From Candidatus Salivita marina (GTDB lineage: Bacteria; Pseudomonadota; Gammaproteobacteria; Pseudomonadales; Azotimanducaceae), in the NCBI GenBank assembly GCA_038144425.1, contig JAYQNS010000003.1:190790-254789 (forward strand): a stretch of 64,000 bases of DNA. Reading direction: 5' to 3'. A program made the translations under genes and the position numbers. Under the pieces are notes generated by a model that searched no databases, was not told the DNA's origin, and saw only the letters and a list, made by a program, of their open reading frames with translations. Below, one piece after another: positions 27,658-37,467 of this stretch; positions within the stretch are counted from its first letter, which is position 1, and each line of letters begins with the position of its first letter.

Positions 27658-29198
27658 ATCACGGCTTCGATGAGGCGCGGTCCCGGGGTCGCGATAGCCC
27701 GGGCCAGCGCCGCATGAAAGGCCGTAGCCTCGTCCACGCGCTCCGCCTCCACGCCCATGGCATTGGCCATGGCCACCCAATCGATATCTGGGTTCGACAA
27801 ATCAAGCATGCTCATGGCCTTGGGCCCAGGGTTGTGGGCCCCCACGCGCATGAATTCGACCTGAAGAATGGCGTACTTCCGATTCGAGAAAATCACCGTC
27901 ACCACGTCGAGCTTTTCCCGGGCCATGGTCCACAGCGCCTGTACCGTATACATGGCCGAGCCATCGGCCTGCATGCACAGCACCTTGCGGTCTGGGCAGG
28001 CCACGGCAGCGCCCACGGCCGTAGGTAACCCTTGACCAATGGCGCCGCCGGTGAGGGCCAGCCAATCGTGGGTAGGGCTCCCCGCCGTGGCGCCGGGGAG
28101 GGCAAAGCCTGAGGTCGCCGCTTCATCAACCACGATGGCGTTTTCCGGCATGAGCACGCCCAGGGAAGCGGCGATGGTCGCCGGCGTCAGGGGCCCCGCC
28201 CCGGGAGCCTCGGGCCTGGGCGGCCGCACTGGGCTCGCCAAGGCCGGCGCGTTAAGGGCATCAGCCAGCGCCGTAAGGGCGGCCAGCGCATCCCCTTCGA
28301 CACCCACCAGGCTATGCACGGAGCAGCCCTCGGGCACGAGGGAGCTGGGCTTGTCCGGGTAGGCAAAGAAGGACACGGGAGGGCGAGTCCCCACCAGAAT
28401 GAGGTGCGCCGTCCCCTCAAGGGCCTCAAGGGCCTGCTCGCCAAAGTAAGGAAGACGCTCCGGAGCGGGCAGGCCTGGCCCGCGCGTGAGGCGGGAAACG
28501 AAGGTGTCGTGGAACAGCCGCGCCCCGGAGGCTTCCACCACCCGCGCCGCCTGGGCCAGCGCGGGAGCGCGCAGGGCCTGGCCGTTCATGAGGAGCACGC
28601 AGGGCTCACCGCTAGCCAGGGCCGTCCGGGCCGCCTCGATGGCTTGGGGCTGAGGCACCGAGCGGGCTGGAACGGGAAGGGGCTCAGCGGGCCCCGGGGC
28701 CTCATCCCAGGCCGTATCCGCAGGGAGCACGAGGGTCGCAATTTGCCCCGGCGCACTCAGGGCCGCGCGTACGGCCTCGGCCCCATCCCGAGCCACCTCG
28801 GCAGCATAGCGGGAACGCCGAAGCCAGTGAGACATGGGGCGAGCCACCCCCTCCACATCGGAAGTGAGGGGCGCATCGAAATGGCTGTGGTAGGTCGCGT
28901 GATCCCCCACGATATTCACCATGGGCGTATGGGCCCGCTTGGCGTTATGCAAATTGGCCAAGGCATTTCCTAAGCCTGGCCCCAGGTGGAGCAGGGTGGC
29001 CGCAGGGCGATCAGCCATGCGCGCATAGCCATCGGCGGCGCCGCTTACCACGCCCTCAAAAAGCCCCAGGACACAGCGCATCTCCGGATTGTCGTCGAGC
29101 GCCGCGACGAAATGCATCTCGCTGGTGCCAGGGTTGGTGAAGCACACCGTGACCCCCGCATCGACCAGCGTTTGAACCAAGCTTTGCGCGCCATTCAT
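27654..29198 (-). CDS. thiamine-diphosphate-dependent enzyme (acetolactate synthase large subunit / benzoylformate decarboxylase-like)
   Basis: N-terminal GAQSLVQTLVDAGVTVCFTNPGTSEMHFVAALD. TPP-binding region CMQADGSAMYTVQALWT. The start is trimmed to the ATG at 29198, with GGGGGAGAAGG upstream. Confidence 0.85.
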   Translation of the reverse strand: MNGAQSLVQTLVDAGVTVCFTNPGTSEMHFVAALDDNPEMRCVLGLFEGVVSGAADGYARMADRPAATLLHLGPGLGNALANLHNAKRAHTPMVNIVGDHATYHSHFDAPLTSDVEGVARPMSHWLRRSRYAAEVARDGAEAVRAALSAPGQIATLVLPADTAWDEAPGPAEPLPVPARSVPQPQAIEAARTALASGEPCVLLMNGQALRAPALAQAARVVEASGARLFHDTFVSRLTRGPGLPAPERLPYFGEQALEALEGTAHLILVGTRPPVSFFAYPDKPSSLVPEGCSVHSLVGVEGDALAALTALADALNAPALASPVRPPRPEAPGAGPLTPATIAASLGVLMPENAIVVDEAATSGFALPGATAGSPTHDWLALTGGAIGQGLPTAVGAAVACPDRKVLCMQADGSAMYTVQALWTMAREKLDVVTVIFSNRKYAILQVEFMRVGAHNPGPKAMSMLDLSNPDIDWVAMANAMGVEAERVDEATAFHAALARAIATPGPRLIEAVI

Positions 29199-29292
29199 GG
29201 TGCCTTCTCCCCCGTTGCTCAAGTCCACGAGTGTAGCCCAGGGCTACTCCGGGTACACTTTCCCGCTCACAACCCCGGAGGCGGAGATTCCC

Positions 29293-30338
29293 ATGAAGCA
29301 ATTGCAAACCACCGGTGCAGGCACCCCCTGGCCTGGGTAGACAAGCCCACGCCGGAGCCGGAGGGCGCCGAAGTCCTCTTGCGCACCGTCGCCTGCGGCG
29401 TCTGCCATTCCGATGTGCACCTACATGATGGGGTTTTTGATCTGGGGGGCGGTAAGGCGCTACCCGTGGCCCGGGAGGGCATGACCCTAGGCCACGAGAT
29501 TATTGGCGAGGTGGTAGCCCTTGGCCCGGACGCCGACGGCGTGGCCCTCGGGGATTTGCGCGTGGCGTACCCCTGGATCGGCTGCGGAACCTGCGCCACC
29601 TGCCAGCGCGGCGATGAACAGCTCTGCCTAGCTCCGGAAAATCTTGGGATCCAGAAGGCCGGAGGCTTTGGGGATCACGTGGTCGTACCCCATAGCCGCT
29701 ACCTCTTCGACCCGGGCACCACCGATCCCAAACTCGCGGCCACCTATGCCTGCTCGGGCCTGACCACCTACGCCGCTTTAAAGCGCGTACCGAAGCTTCA
29801 TGAGGGTGACCATCTCGTGCTCGTCGGCGCCGGGGGCCTGGGCATGATGGCCCTCGCCATCGCGCAAGCGGCCTTCGGCATCACCCCCATCATGGTCGAT
29901 GTGGACGATGACAAGCTCGAGGCAGCCAAAGCATCCGGCGCCGCGGACGCGGTCAACGCCACGGACGCCGACGCCGCGAAGACCCTGAAAAGGCTCACGG
30001 GCGGCGGCGCCCTCGCGGTGATTGATTTCGTGGGCTCGGAACCGAGCAGTGCGCTGGCACTGGAGAGCCTTCGCAAGGGGGGCAAGCTCATTGTGGTTGG
30101 GATGTACGGGGGTGAGCTCCGCTTCCCCTTACCGTTTTTGCCCATGCAGGCCCGTACGATCGAAGGGAATTACGTGGGCAGCCTTCAGGATATGGATGAG
30201 CTCATGGCCCTCGTGCGGGAAGGACGCATTCCTCCGGTCACCATCGACAGCCGCCAACCGGTCGAAGCAGGGGCGATCCTCGCCGGGCTGAAGGCCGGGC
30301 AGATTCGCGGCCGCGCCGTGCTGAGCTACGAGGGGTAG
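29293..30338 (+). CDS. zinc-dependent alcohol dehydrogenase with an apparent -1 frameshift after codon 12
   Basis: GVCHSDVHLHDG, GHEIIGEV and LVLVGAGGLGMMA are MDR/ADH motifs. The ATG at 29293, with a GGAGGCGGAGA RBS, encodes MKQLQTTGAGTP. The frame then breaks at the C5 run 29324-29328. The rest of the gene continues in the frame of ORF 28986..30338. Confidence 0.8.
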
Positions 30339-30341
30339 GGC

Positions 30342-31751
30342 ATGAGCGGCTTCGACTACGACCTACTGGTGATTGGCGCGGGCTCCGGCGGCGTCCGTGC
30401 CAGTCGCATGGCGGCGCAAAGCGGCGCCCGGGTGGCCGTGGTGGAGGCCGGCCCCCTCGGGGGCACCTGTGTCAACGTGGGCTGCGTGCCTAAAAAGCTT
30501 TTCGTCTACGGTTCCCACTTCCCGGAAGCCTTCGAGGACGCCAAGGGCTATGGCTTCGAGGTGGCGTCCCCGCACTTTTCCTGGGACGCGCTTCGGGATA
30601 ACAAAACCCGGGAAATTGAGCGTCTCAATGGCGTTTACGGCAACCTGTTGAGCCAGGCCGGGGTCACTGTGCTCCAGGGCCAGGCTCGGGTGCTCGACGC
30701 TCATGAGGTAGCCGTGGGGGACGCGCGCTACAGCGCCGAACGGATTCTCATCGCTACCGGAAGTACGCCAAGCCTGCCGGACTTCCCCGGCGTCGAGCAC
30801 GTGGTGACCAGCTTCGAGATGTTCTACCTCGATGCCTTACCCAAGCGCGCTGTGGTCCTCGGCGGGGGCTACATCGCTGTGGAGTTCGCCAGCATCCTTC
30901 GGGGCCTGGGTGTGGAAACGACCCTGATCTATCGCGGCCCCCTGATCCTCCGGGGCTTTGACGCCGACGTGCGGGGCTTCGTAATGGAGGAGCTCCGAAA
31001 GTTCGGAATCGACCTCCGCTTAGAAACGGATGTGGAGGCCATCGAGAAGCAGACCGATGGGTCGCTACGACTAACGCTCCAAGACCGAAGCAGCGAGGGG
31101 GAGGACGAGCAGGCCCGAAGCGAGAGAACGACGCTCTCCGCTGATCTGGCCATGGCCGCCACGGGGCGTCACCCCCTAACCACGGGCCTTGGTCTCGAGG
31201 CGGCTGGCGTGGCCCTTGGGGAAGACGGGCGCGTGCTCGTAAATGAACAGTTCCAAAGCACCGTTCCGAGCATCTTTGCCCTAGGGGACGTCATCAATCG
31301 CGCCCAGCTTACCCCCGTCGCCATCCGTGAGGCCATGGCCTTTACGGAGGCCCAGTTCGGCACCGCGGCGGTCCCGCCGGTGGACTACGACCTGATCCCC
31401 ACGGCGGTCTTCTGCCAGCCCAATATCGGCACCGTGGGCCCCACCGAGGAGCTTGCCCGGGAGAAACATGGGCCCCTGGCGATCTATGAAGCCGTGTTTC
31501 GCCCCATGAAGCACACGCTAACGGGCCGGGAGGAGCGCACCTTCATGAAGCTCATCGTCCGCCGAAGCGACGATCGGGTAGTCGCCGCGCACATGGTGGG
31601 GCCCGACGCAGGGGAGCTCATTCAAGGCATCGCCGTAGCCATCGTCGCTGGGGCGACCAAGCGTGACTTCGACGCCACCGTGGGGATCCACCCGACGGCG
31701 GCGGAGGAATTCGTCACCATGCGCACCCCCACCCGGGAAGACCCCCTCTAA
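30342..31751 (+). CDS. gor: glutathione-disulfide reductase
   Basis: YDLLVIGAGSGGVRA and the redox-active GGTCVNVGCVPKK. C-terminal HPTAAEEF dimerisation motif. Confidence 0.88.
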   Translation: MSGFDYDLLVIGAGSGGVRASRMAAQSGARVAVVEAGPLGGTCVNVGCVPKKLFVYGSHFPEAFEDAKGYGFEVASPHFSWDALRDNKTREIERLNGVYGNLLSQAGVTVLQGQARVLDAHEVAVGDARYSAERILIATGSTPSLPDFPGVEHVVTSFEMFYLDALPKRAVVLGGGYIAVEFASILRGLGVETTLIYRGPLILRGFDADVRGFVMEELRKFGIDLRLETDVEAIEKQTDGSLRLTLQDRSSEGEDEQARSERTTLSADLAMAATGRHPLTTGLGLEAAGVALGEDGRVLVNEQFQSTVPSIFALGDVINRAQLTPVAIREAMAFTEAQFGTAAVPPVDYDLIPTAVFCQPNIGTVGPTEELAREKHGPLAIYEAVFRPMKHTLTGREERTFMKLIVRRSDDRVVAAHMVGPDAGELIQGIAVAIVAGATKRDFDATVGIHPTAAEEFVTMRTPTREDPL

Positions 31752-32485
31752 TGAGCCCCACCGCCGTGGGCATCGACGGGTGCTCCGGAGGCTGGGTGGT
31801 GGCGGCGTGGGTGCCGGGCGGGGCGCCTACGCTCTTCACCCTTGAGCGCCTCGAGGCTCTGGCAGGAGCGCTGGCTTGTCAGGGTCTTACGCCCATGCGT
31901 CAGCTCATAGACATGCCCATAGGCCTGCCCCTGGCCGGCCCCAGGCCTGTGGATTTGCAGGCCCAGGCGGCCCTTGGGGCAGCGCGCGCTTCGATTTTCA
32001 TTACGCCCCCGCGCCCCGTTCTCGATGCCCTGAACTTCAAGGAAGCTCAGCGCCTCGCCCGGGCAGCGCTAGGCCAGGGCCTGAGCCTTCAAGCCTGGAA
32101 CCTTGTGCCGAAGATTCGCGCCGTGGATCGCTTTCTTCGCCGCACCTACCCCGCGCCTCCGTGCCTCGAAGAGGCCCACCCGGAACTGGCCTTTCAGCGC
32201 TTAAACGCGGGGCAGGGCGGGGTACCCTTGCCCTCGAAGAAAACCGGCGAAGGGGCCTCCGCGCGCGCGGCCTTGCTTGAAGCGCTCGGCCTGCCCTGCG
32301 CCTCCGTCCTTAGCCAGCCCCTGACCTGCGAGGGCCGTCGCGTGGCTCTGGATGATCGCCTCGATGCCTTGGTGCTGGCCTATCTGGCGAGCCTCCCGGA
32401 GCAGGCCCTGGAGCACCTCGGGGCCGGGGGCGTGGATCCGCTCGGCCTCCCCATGACCCTGGTCGCGCCGAAAGCCCCGACCTAA
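31751..32485 (+). CDS. DUF429 domain protein
   Basis: The N-terminal VGIDGCSGGWVVAAW is typical of DUF429. The ATG overlaps the gor TAA (TAATG). Confidence 0.65.
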   Translation: MSPTAVGIDGCSGGWVVAAWVPGGAPTLFTLERLEALAGALACQGLTPMRQLIDMPIGLPLAGPRPVDLQAQAALGAARASIFITPPRPVLDALNFKEAQRLARAALGQGLSLQAWNLVPKIRAVDRFLRRTYPAPPCLEEAHPELAFQRLNAGQGGVPLPSKKTGEGASARAALLEALGLPCASVLSQPLTCEGRRVALDDRLDALVLAYLASLPEQALEHLGAGGVDPLGLPMTLVAPKAPT

Positions 32486-32571
32486 GGAAACGGGGGTATA
32501 AAAAGGTCCTTGCGTCCCTCGCGGCCGACCTCTTTAATCAGGCGTCCACCCAACCGGCGCGGGGAGGCCCG

Positions 32572-34035
32572 GTGGCACAGGATCCGGTAAAACGCAGTAC
32601 GAAATTTGCCTTCGGCATCGGGCAAATGGCCGAGGGCATCAAAAACAACGCCTTCAGTACGTTCCTATTGCTTTACTACAACCAGGTCCTGGGCCTTTCC
32701 GGAACGCTCTCGGGCCTCGCCATCATGATTGCCCTGTGCTTCGACGCCATCACGGACCCCCTGGCCGGATCCCTTTCCGATGGCTGGCGCTCTCGTTGGG
32801 GGCGACGCCACCCCTTCATGTACGCTTCCGCTATTCCCCTCGGTCTTGCCTTTTATCTTCTCTTTGCACCCCCCGCTGAGCTGACGGAGTTCGAGACGTT
32901 CCTCTGGCTCACGGTCTTCGCCGTCCTCACTCGAGGTGCCATGACCCTCTATCACGTGCCCCATCTAGCCCTTGGGGCTGAGCTCTCCGACGACTATGCG
33001 GAGCGCACGAGCATTGTGAGCTACCGCATGCTCTTCGGGGTTCTTGGGGGAGCGCTGACCATTCTGATCGGCTTCAGCGTTTTCTTTACCGATCAGGGTG
33101 GACTACCGGGAACGTTGCGCCGCGACGCCTATCCGGCCTTCGCCGCCGTATTCAGTGTGGCTATGGTGGTGACCATCCTCTGGTCGGCCCTAGGAACCCA
33201 CGACCAGATTCCCCGACTGAAGGCCGTAGCAGCCCGGGAGACCCCGCAGACACAGCGGGGGACCTCTCTAGGGGTTCTCCTTCAAGTCTTCCTTGATCTT
33301 AAAAGCGCCCTGACCAATCGCTCCTTTCGCTGGCTGTTCTCCGGCGTGATCATCGTTTACATCATGGTCGGGGTGCAGAGCGCCCTTGGGCTGTACATGG
33401 GGAACTATTTTTGGGCCCTGTCCTCGGAGGATTTCCGCTGGGTGGTGCTTGCTGGACCCCTGGGCCTCATCCTCGGCACGCCCTTTACGCACCGCATGAA
33501 TCAGCGCTTCGACAAGATGCCCTCCGTGGTTTTTGGCACCGCTTGGTACACCCTTTTCGCCCTTTCCCCACCCATTCTCCGGCTGCTGGGCTGGTTCCCA
33601 GAGAACGGGCATCCGTCTCTGTTGCCCCTGCTCGTGGGTGCCGCCCTTATCGGCGGCGTGGGGGTGGTGCAAGCGCTGATCACTGCGGGCTCCATGATGG
33701 CGGACATCGCCGACGAGCATGAGCTGGCTACCCGGCGGCGGCAGGAGGGGATCTTTTTTGGGGCCCTTAGCTTTTCGGGGAAGGGCGCCTCTGGCATTGG
33801 CAACCTGGTAGGCGGCTTCGGCCTCGACGTCATCGCCTTTCCCGCCAAGGCCATCCCTGGGGAGGTACCCCTCGAGGTCTTAACGCGCCTTGGGTGGCTG
33901 TATGGTCCCCTGGTCGCGGGCTTTGCCCTGATTGCGGTGTGGTGCTACAGCCACTACAACCTTACCAAGGCGCGCCACAGCGCCGTTCTCGCGGCCCTGG
34001 AGGCCCGCCGCCAGGAAGCGCCGTCTCCAGACTGA
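32572..34035 (+). CDS. MFS transporter, glycoside-pentoside-hexuronide (GPH, MelB-like) family
   Basis: FGIGQMAEGIKNNAFSTFLLLYYNQVLGLS and DAITDPLAGSLSD...WGRRHPFM are GPH-type motifs. GTG start after GGGGAGG. Confidence 0.8.
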   Translation: MAQDPVKRSTKFAFGIGQMAEGIKNNAFSTFLLLYYNQVLGLSGTLSGLAIMIALCFDAITDPLAGSLSDGWRSRWGRRHPFMYASAIPLGLAFYLLFAPPAELTEFETFLWLTVFAVLTRGAMTLYHVPHLALGAELSDDYAERTSIVSYRMLFGVLGGALTILIGFSVFFTDQGGLPGTLRRDAYPAFAAVFSVAMVVTILWSALGTHDQIPRLKAVAARETPQTQRGTSLGVLLQVFLDLKSALTNRSFRWLFSGVIIVYIMVGVQSALGLYMGNYFWALSSEDFRWVVLAGPLGLILGTPFTHRMNQRFDKMPSVVFGTAWYTLFALSPPILRLLGWFPENGHPSLLPLLVGAALIGGVGVVQALITAGSMMADIADEHELATRRRQEGIFFGALSFSGKGASGIGNLVGGFGLDVIAFPAKAIPGEVPLEVLTRLGWLYGPLVAGFALIAVWCYSHYNLTKARHSAVLAALEARRQEAPSPD

Positions 34036-34097
34036 CACCTTATCCGTTTACTTTTTGCTTCCAGCCCCCACCGAGGCCTAGCCCAAGAGGAATCACT

Positions 34098-35695
34098 ATG
34101 CTTCAGGCTCTTCGCTCCCGGCGCACCGCGGCCCTCGCCCTGGCCCTGGCGCTTGCTTCATCGGCCCATGGGGCCAACTCGCCTAGCCCGGCGGCGGAGG
34201 CAGACCCCGCTTATTGGCGCGCCGTGGGTGCCAGGGCCCTTGCTGCCCAGGCTGCAGCCTACCGAGGGGATACGGCGAAGAACATCATCCTCTTTATCGG
34301 CGATGGCATGGGGATTTCCAGCGTCTCTGCTGCACGTATCTATGCAGGGCAAAAAGCCGGAGGCCTTGGGGAAGATCACCAGCTCAGTTTTGAGCGCTTC
34401 CCAGCCGTCGCCCTGTCGAAAACCTACAACACCAACCAGCAGACCGCCGATTCGGCGGGCACCATGACCGCGATGATCACGGGGATCAAAACCCTGGCCG
34501 GCGTCCTTTCCGTTGACGGCTCCGTGCGCCGGGGCGACTGCGCCTCGGGGCAGGGGGCGGAGGTTCCGAGTCTCATTGAAGAGGCGGAGGCCGCGGGCCT
34601 TGCCACGGGTATCATTTCTACGGCCCGCATTACCCACGCTACCCCCGGCGCCACCTACGCCCACGTGGTGGAGCGGGACTGGGAGGGGGCGTCCCGGAAG
34701 CAGCGGCGGCGCAGGGATGCACTGATGTCGCCAGCCAGCTGCTCAGTTTCAACCACGGCGATGGGATCGACGTGGTTCTCGGCGGCGGACGGGCCATGTT
34801 CCTGCCAAATACCGTCGCCGACCCGGAATATCCCGGAAAGTCTGGCGCGCGCAGGGATGGGCAGAACCTGATCATGGCCTGGCAAGCGGCGAACCCGGAC
34901 GGCGCCTACCTCTGGAACGGCGAAGCGCTTGCCGCAGCGGCGGACGTCTCCGGCCCCGTGCTCGGGCTATTCGAACCCTCTCACATGCAGTTTGAGGCGG
35001 ACCGCGCCCAGGACCCGGGAAAGGAACCGTCCCTCGCGGAAATGACCGCCTTCGCCATGGACCGGCTAAGCCAGAAGGGCGCGGGCTATGTGCTGGTGGT
35101 GGAGGCCGGTCGTATCGATCATGCCCACCATGCGGGCAATGCCTACCGGGCCATGGAAGACACCGTGGCGCTGGATGAAGCCGTCGCCTTGGCGGTCGCC
35201 AAGAGCGACGAAAGCGAAACCCTCATCCTTGTCACCGCCGACCACAGCCACACGCTGACCTTCGCCGGCTATCCTACGAGAGGCAATCCTATCCTCGGCT
35301 TGACCGTAGGCAACGATAGGCAAGGCTTTGCGGAAAGCACGCCGGCCAAGGATGCACTCGGACTGCCCTATACCACCCTGGCATACGCCAATGGGCCGGG
35401 CTATTCCGGGAAGAGCGACCAGCAGAGCGCCGGAGCGAAGACCGCGCCGCACTATCCACGCACCATAGAGCCCGCCATCGGTCGAACCGACCTTACGAAT
35501 GTTGCTGTGGAGGCCCCCAATTACCTCCAGGAAGCCATGGTGCCAGCGGGAGCAGAGACCCATGGGGGGGAAGACGTTGCGGTTTATGGTTGGGGCGCCG
35601 GCTCCCTGCGCCTTGGCGGTGTCCTTGAGCAAAATGTGATCTACTACGTGATGAAAGCGGCCCTGGGAGCGAAGCTCGACGCGCCCGCCCCCTAG
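34098..35695 (+). pseudogene. alkaline phosphatase (PhoA family), secreted, split by a -1 frameshift at the G5 run 34685-34689
   Basis: Signal peptide MLQALRSRRTAALALALALASSAHG. Motifs FIGDGMG and TADSAGTMTA (Ser nucleophile) sit in the frame of ORF 33894..34871. Motifs GRIDHAHH, TADHSHT and ETHGGEDV sit in the frame of ORF 34772..35695. Confidence 0.85.
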
Positions 35696-35758
35696 GCCCC
35701 GTCTGAAAAAGCGCGCAGCCGCCGGGCTGCGCCTCACCCTCGCCAACGGGAGCAAACC

Positions 35759-37449
35759 TTGGAACAGCTCAGCAGCTTTCTGATTACCCTCGATGGATTC
35801 CTAGGTTCGGCCCAGTACTTTCCCATTCTGCTCCTTGGCGTAGGGATCTTCTTCACCGTCTACCTGGGCTTTCCCCAGGTGCGCTATTTCCGCCACGCCT
35901 GGCGCATCCTCGCAGGACGCTACGACGACAAGGACGCCCCCGGGGATACGACCCACTTTCAGGCCTTGGCCACGGCCCTGTCGGGAACGGTAGGCACGGG
36001 GAACATCGGTGGGGTGGCCCTGGCGCTTCACGTCGGCGGGCCCGCGGCGCTCTTTTGGATGTGGGCCACGGCCCTCTTTGGCATGACCACTAAATTTGTG
36101 GAGGTGCTGATTTCCTATAAATATCGGGTGGTGGACGAAGAGGGGCACATGGCTGGCGGGCCCATGTACTACATGGACCGGGGCATGAACATGCGCTGGC
36201 TCGCCGTCCTCTTCGCCGTCGCCTGCGTGGCCACCTCCTTCGGCACTGGAAGCATGCCCCAGGCCAACAACATCGCTCAGGCCATGGATGCCACCTTCGG
36301 TATTTCCCCCTACTGGACCGGGGGCGTACTTGCCGTGGCGCTCGGCCTGGTGATCATCGGCGGTATTAAGCGCATCGCAGCGGTGACGTCCAAGCTAGTG
36401 CCCTTCATGGCCGCCGCCTACGGCATTGGCGCTCTTGCAGTGATTATCTCGAACCTTGAATTCGTCGGGCCCGCCTTCATGTCCGTCTTCCGGGACGCCT
36501 TCAGCGGCTCCGCCGCGGCCGGGGCTTTCTCGGCGCATCCTTTGCGTACGCTTTCAACCGAGGTGTCAATCGCGGTCTCTTCTCTAACGAGGCGGGGCAG
36601 GGCAGCGCGCCCATCGCCCACGCCTCAGCGAAGGGCCGGGAACCTGTCTCGGAGGGCTTCGTCGCGATTCTCGAGCCTTTCATCGACACCATCCTGATTT
36701 GCACCTTGACGGGCCTCGTGATTTTGTCTTCCGGGGTCTGGAACGAAAAGTTCCCCAATGACTTCCAGGACTCGGACACGACCATCCTCGCCGGGGATCT
36801 CACCGACAGCGACGCGCAGCACGTGACAGCCTTAAGCGCCTTCCTCACGGATCAGCCCTCAAGCGTACAGCGCTATTCCGGCACCATCGAGGTGCAGAAC
36901 GGGGAGGCCACGCACGAAGGCTTCACCATCCTTCATGCGCGCTCCGTGGCTGAAAACGTGACCTACCATATCGGTCAGAACCGGCGCTTTACGGGAGAGG
37001 TGATGGTCCGGGACGGGCGGATTGCGGAGCCCGACGTTTACCTCCGAGGCGACTCCCTGATCCACTCCGCGGCCCTCACCGTCGAAGCCTTTAACCGCAG
37101 TTTCCTTGGAGGCATTGGCCCCTACATCGTGGCCCTTGGGCTTATGCTCTTTGCCTTTTCCACGGCCCTGGCCTGGTCCTATTACGGGGACCGAAGCATG
37201 ACCTTCCTCTTCGGGACGAAATCCATCATGCCCTACCGCCTGGTTTACGTGGTGGGCTTCTTCCTAGCGGCCATTGCGGACACCACCCTGATCTGGCAAA
37301 TCGCCGCCATCACCATGGTGGTCATGACCCTGCCGAACCTTTTGGGGCTTGTGATGATGCGCCAGGAAATCCGTCAGGAAATCCGTGAGTACTGGACGGG
37401 CTTTTCCAAGGCTCACCCCGACGCGCCAAACCCCGCCCCGAAGGACTAG
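35759..37449 (+). pseudogene. alanine/glycine:cation symporter (AGCS family), split by a -1 frameshift at the G4 run 36521-36524
   Basis: [30 protein letters not shown] is in the first frame. [34 protein letters not shown]...[15 protein letters not shown] is in the second. Confidence 0.85.
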
Positions 37450-37467
37450 GGCGAGGCGCGAGGGCGG

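Noticed and set aside
35713-35732. Perfect 8-bp hairpin GCGCAGCC-GCCG-GGCTGCGC after the alkaline phosphatase gene, considered as a terminator
   Set aside because: No U-tract follows on the plus strand. The T-run would be on the minus strand, where no gene needs terminating. It may still be an RNA-stabilising hairpin, but I do not call it a terminator.
29324-36524. Programmed frameshifting or phase variation at the G/C runs
   Set aside because: The runs are only 4-5 nt, with no slippery heptamer or downstream pseudoknot evident. The affected genes are unrelated housekeeping-type functions. Technical indels are the simpler explanation.
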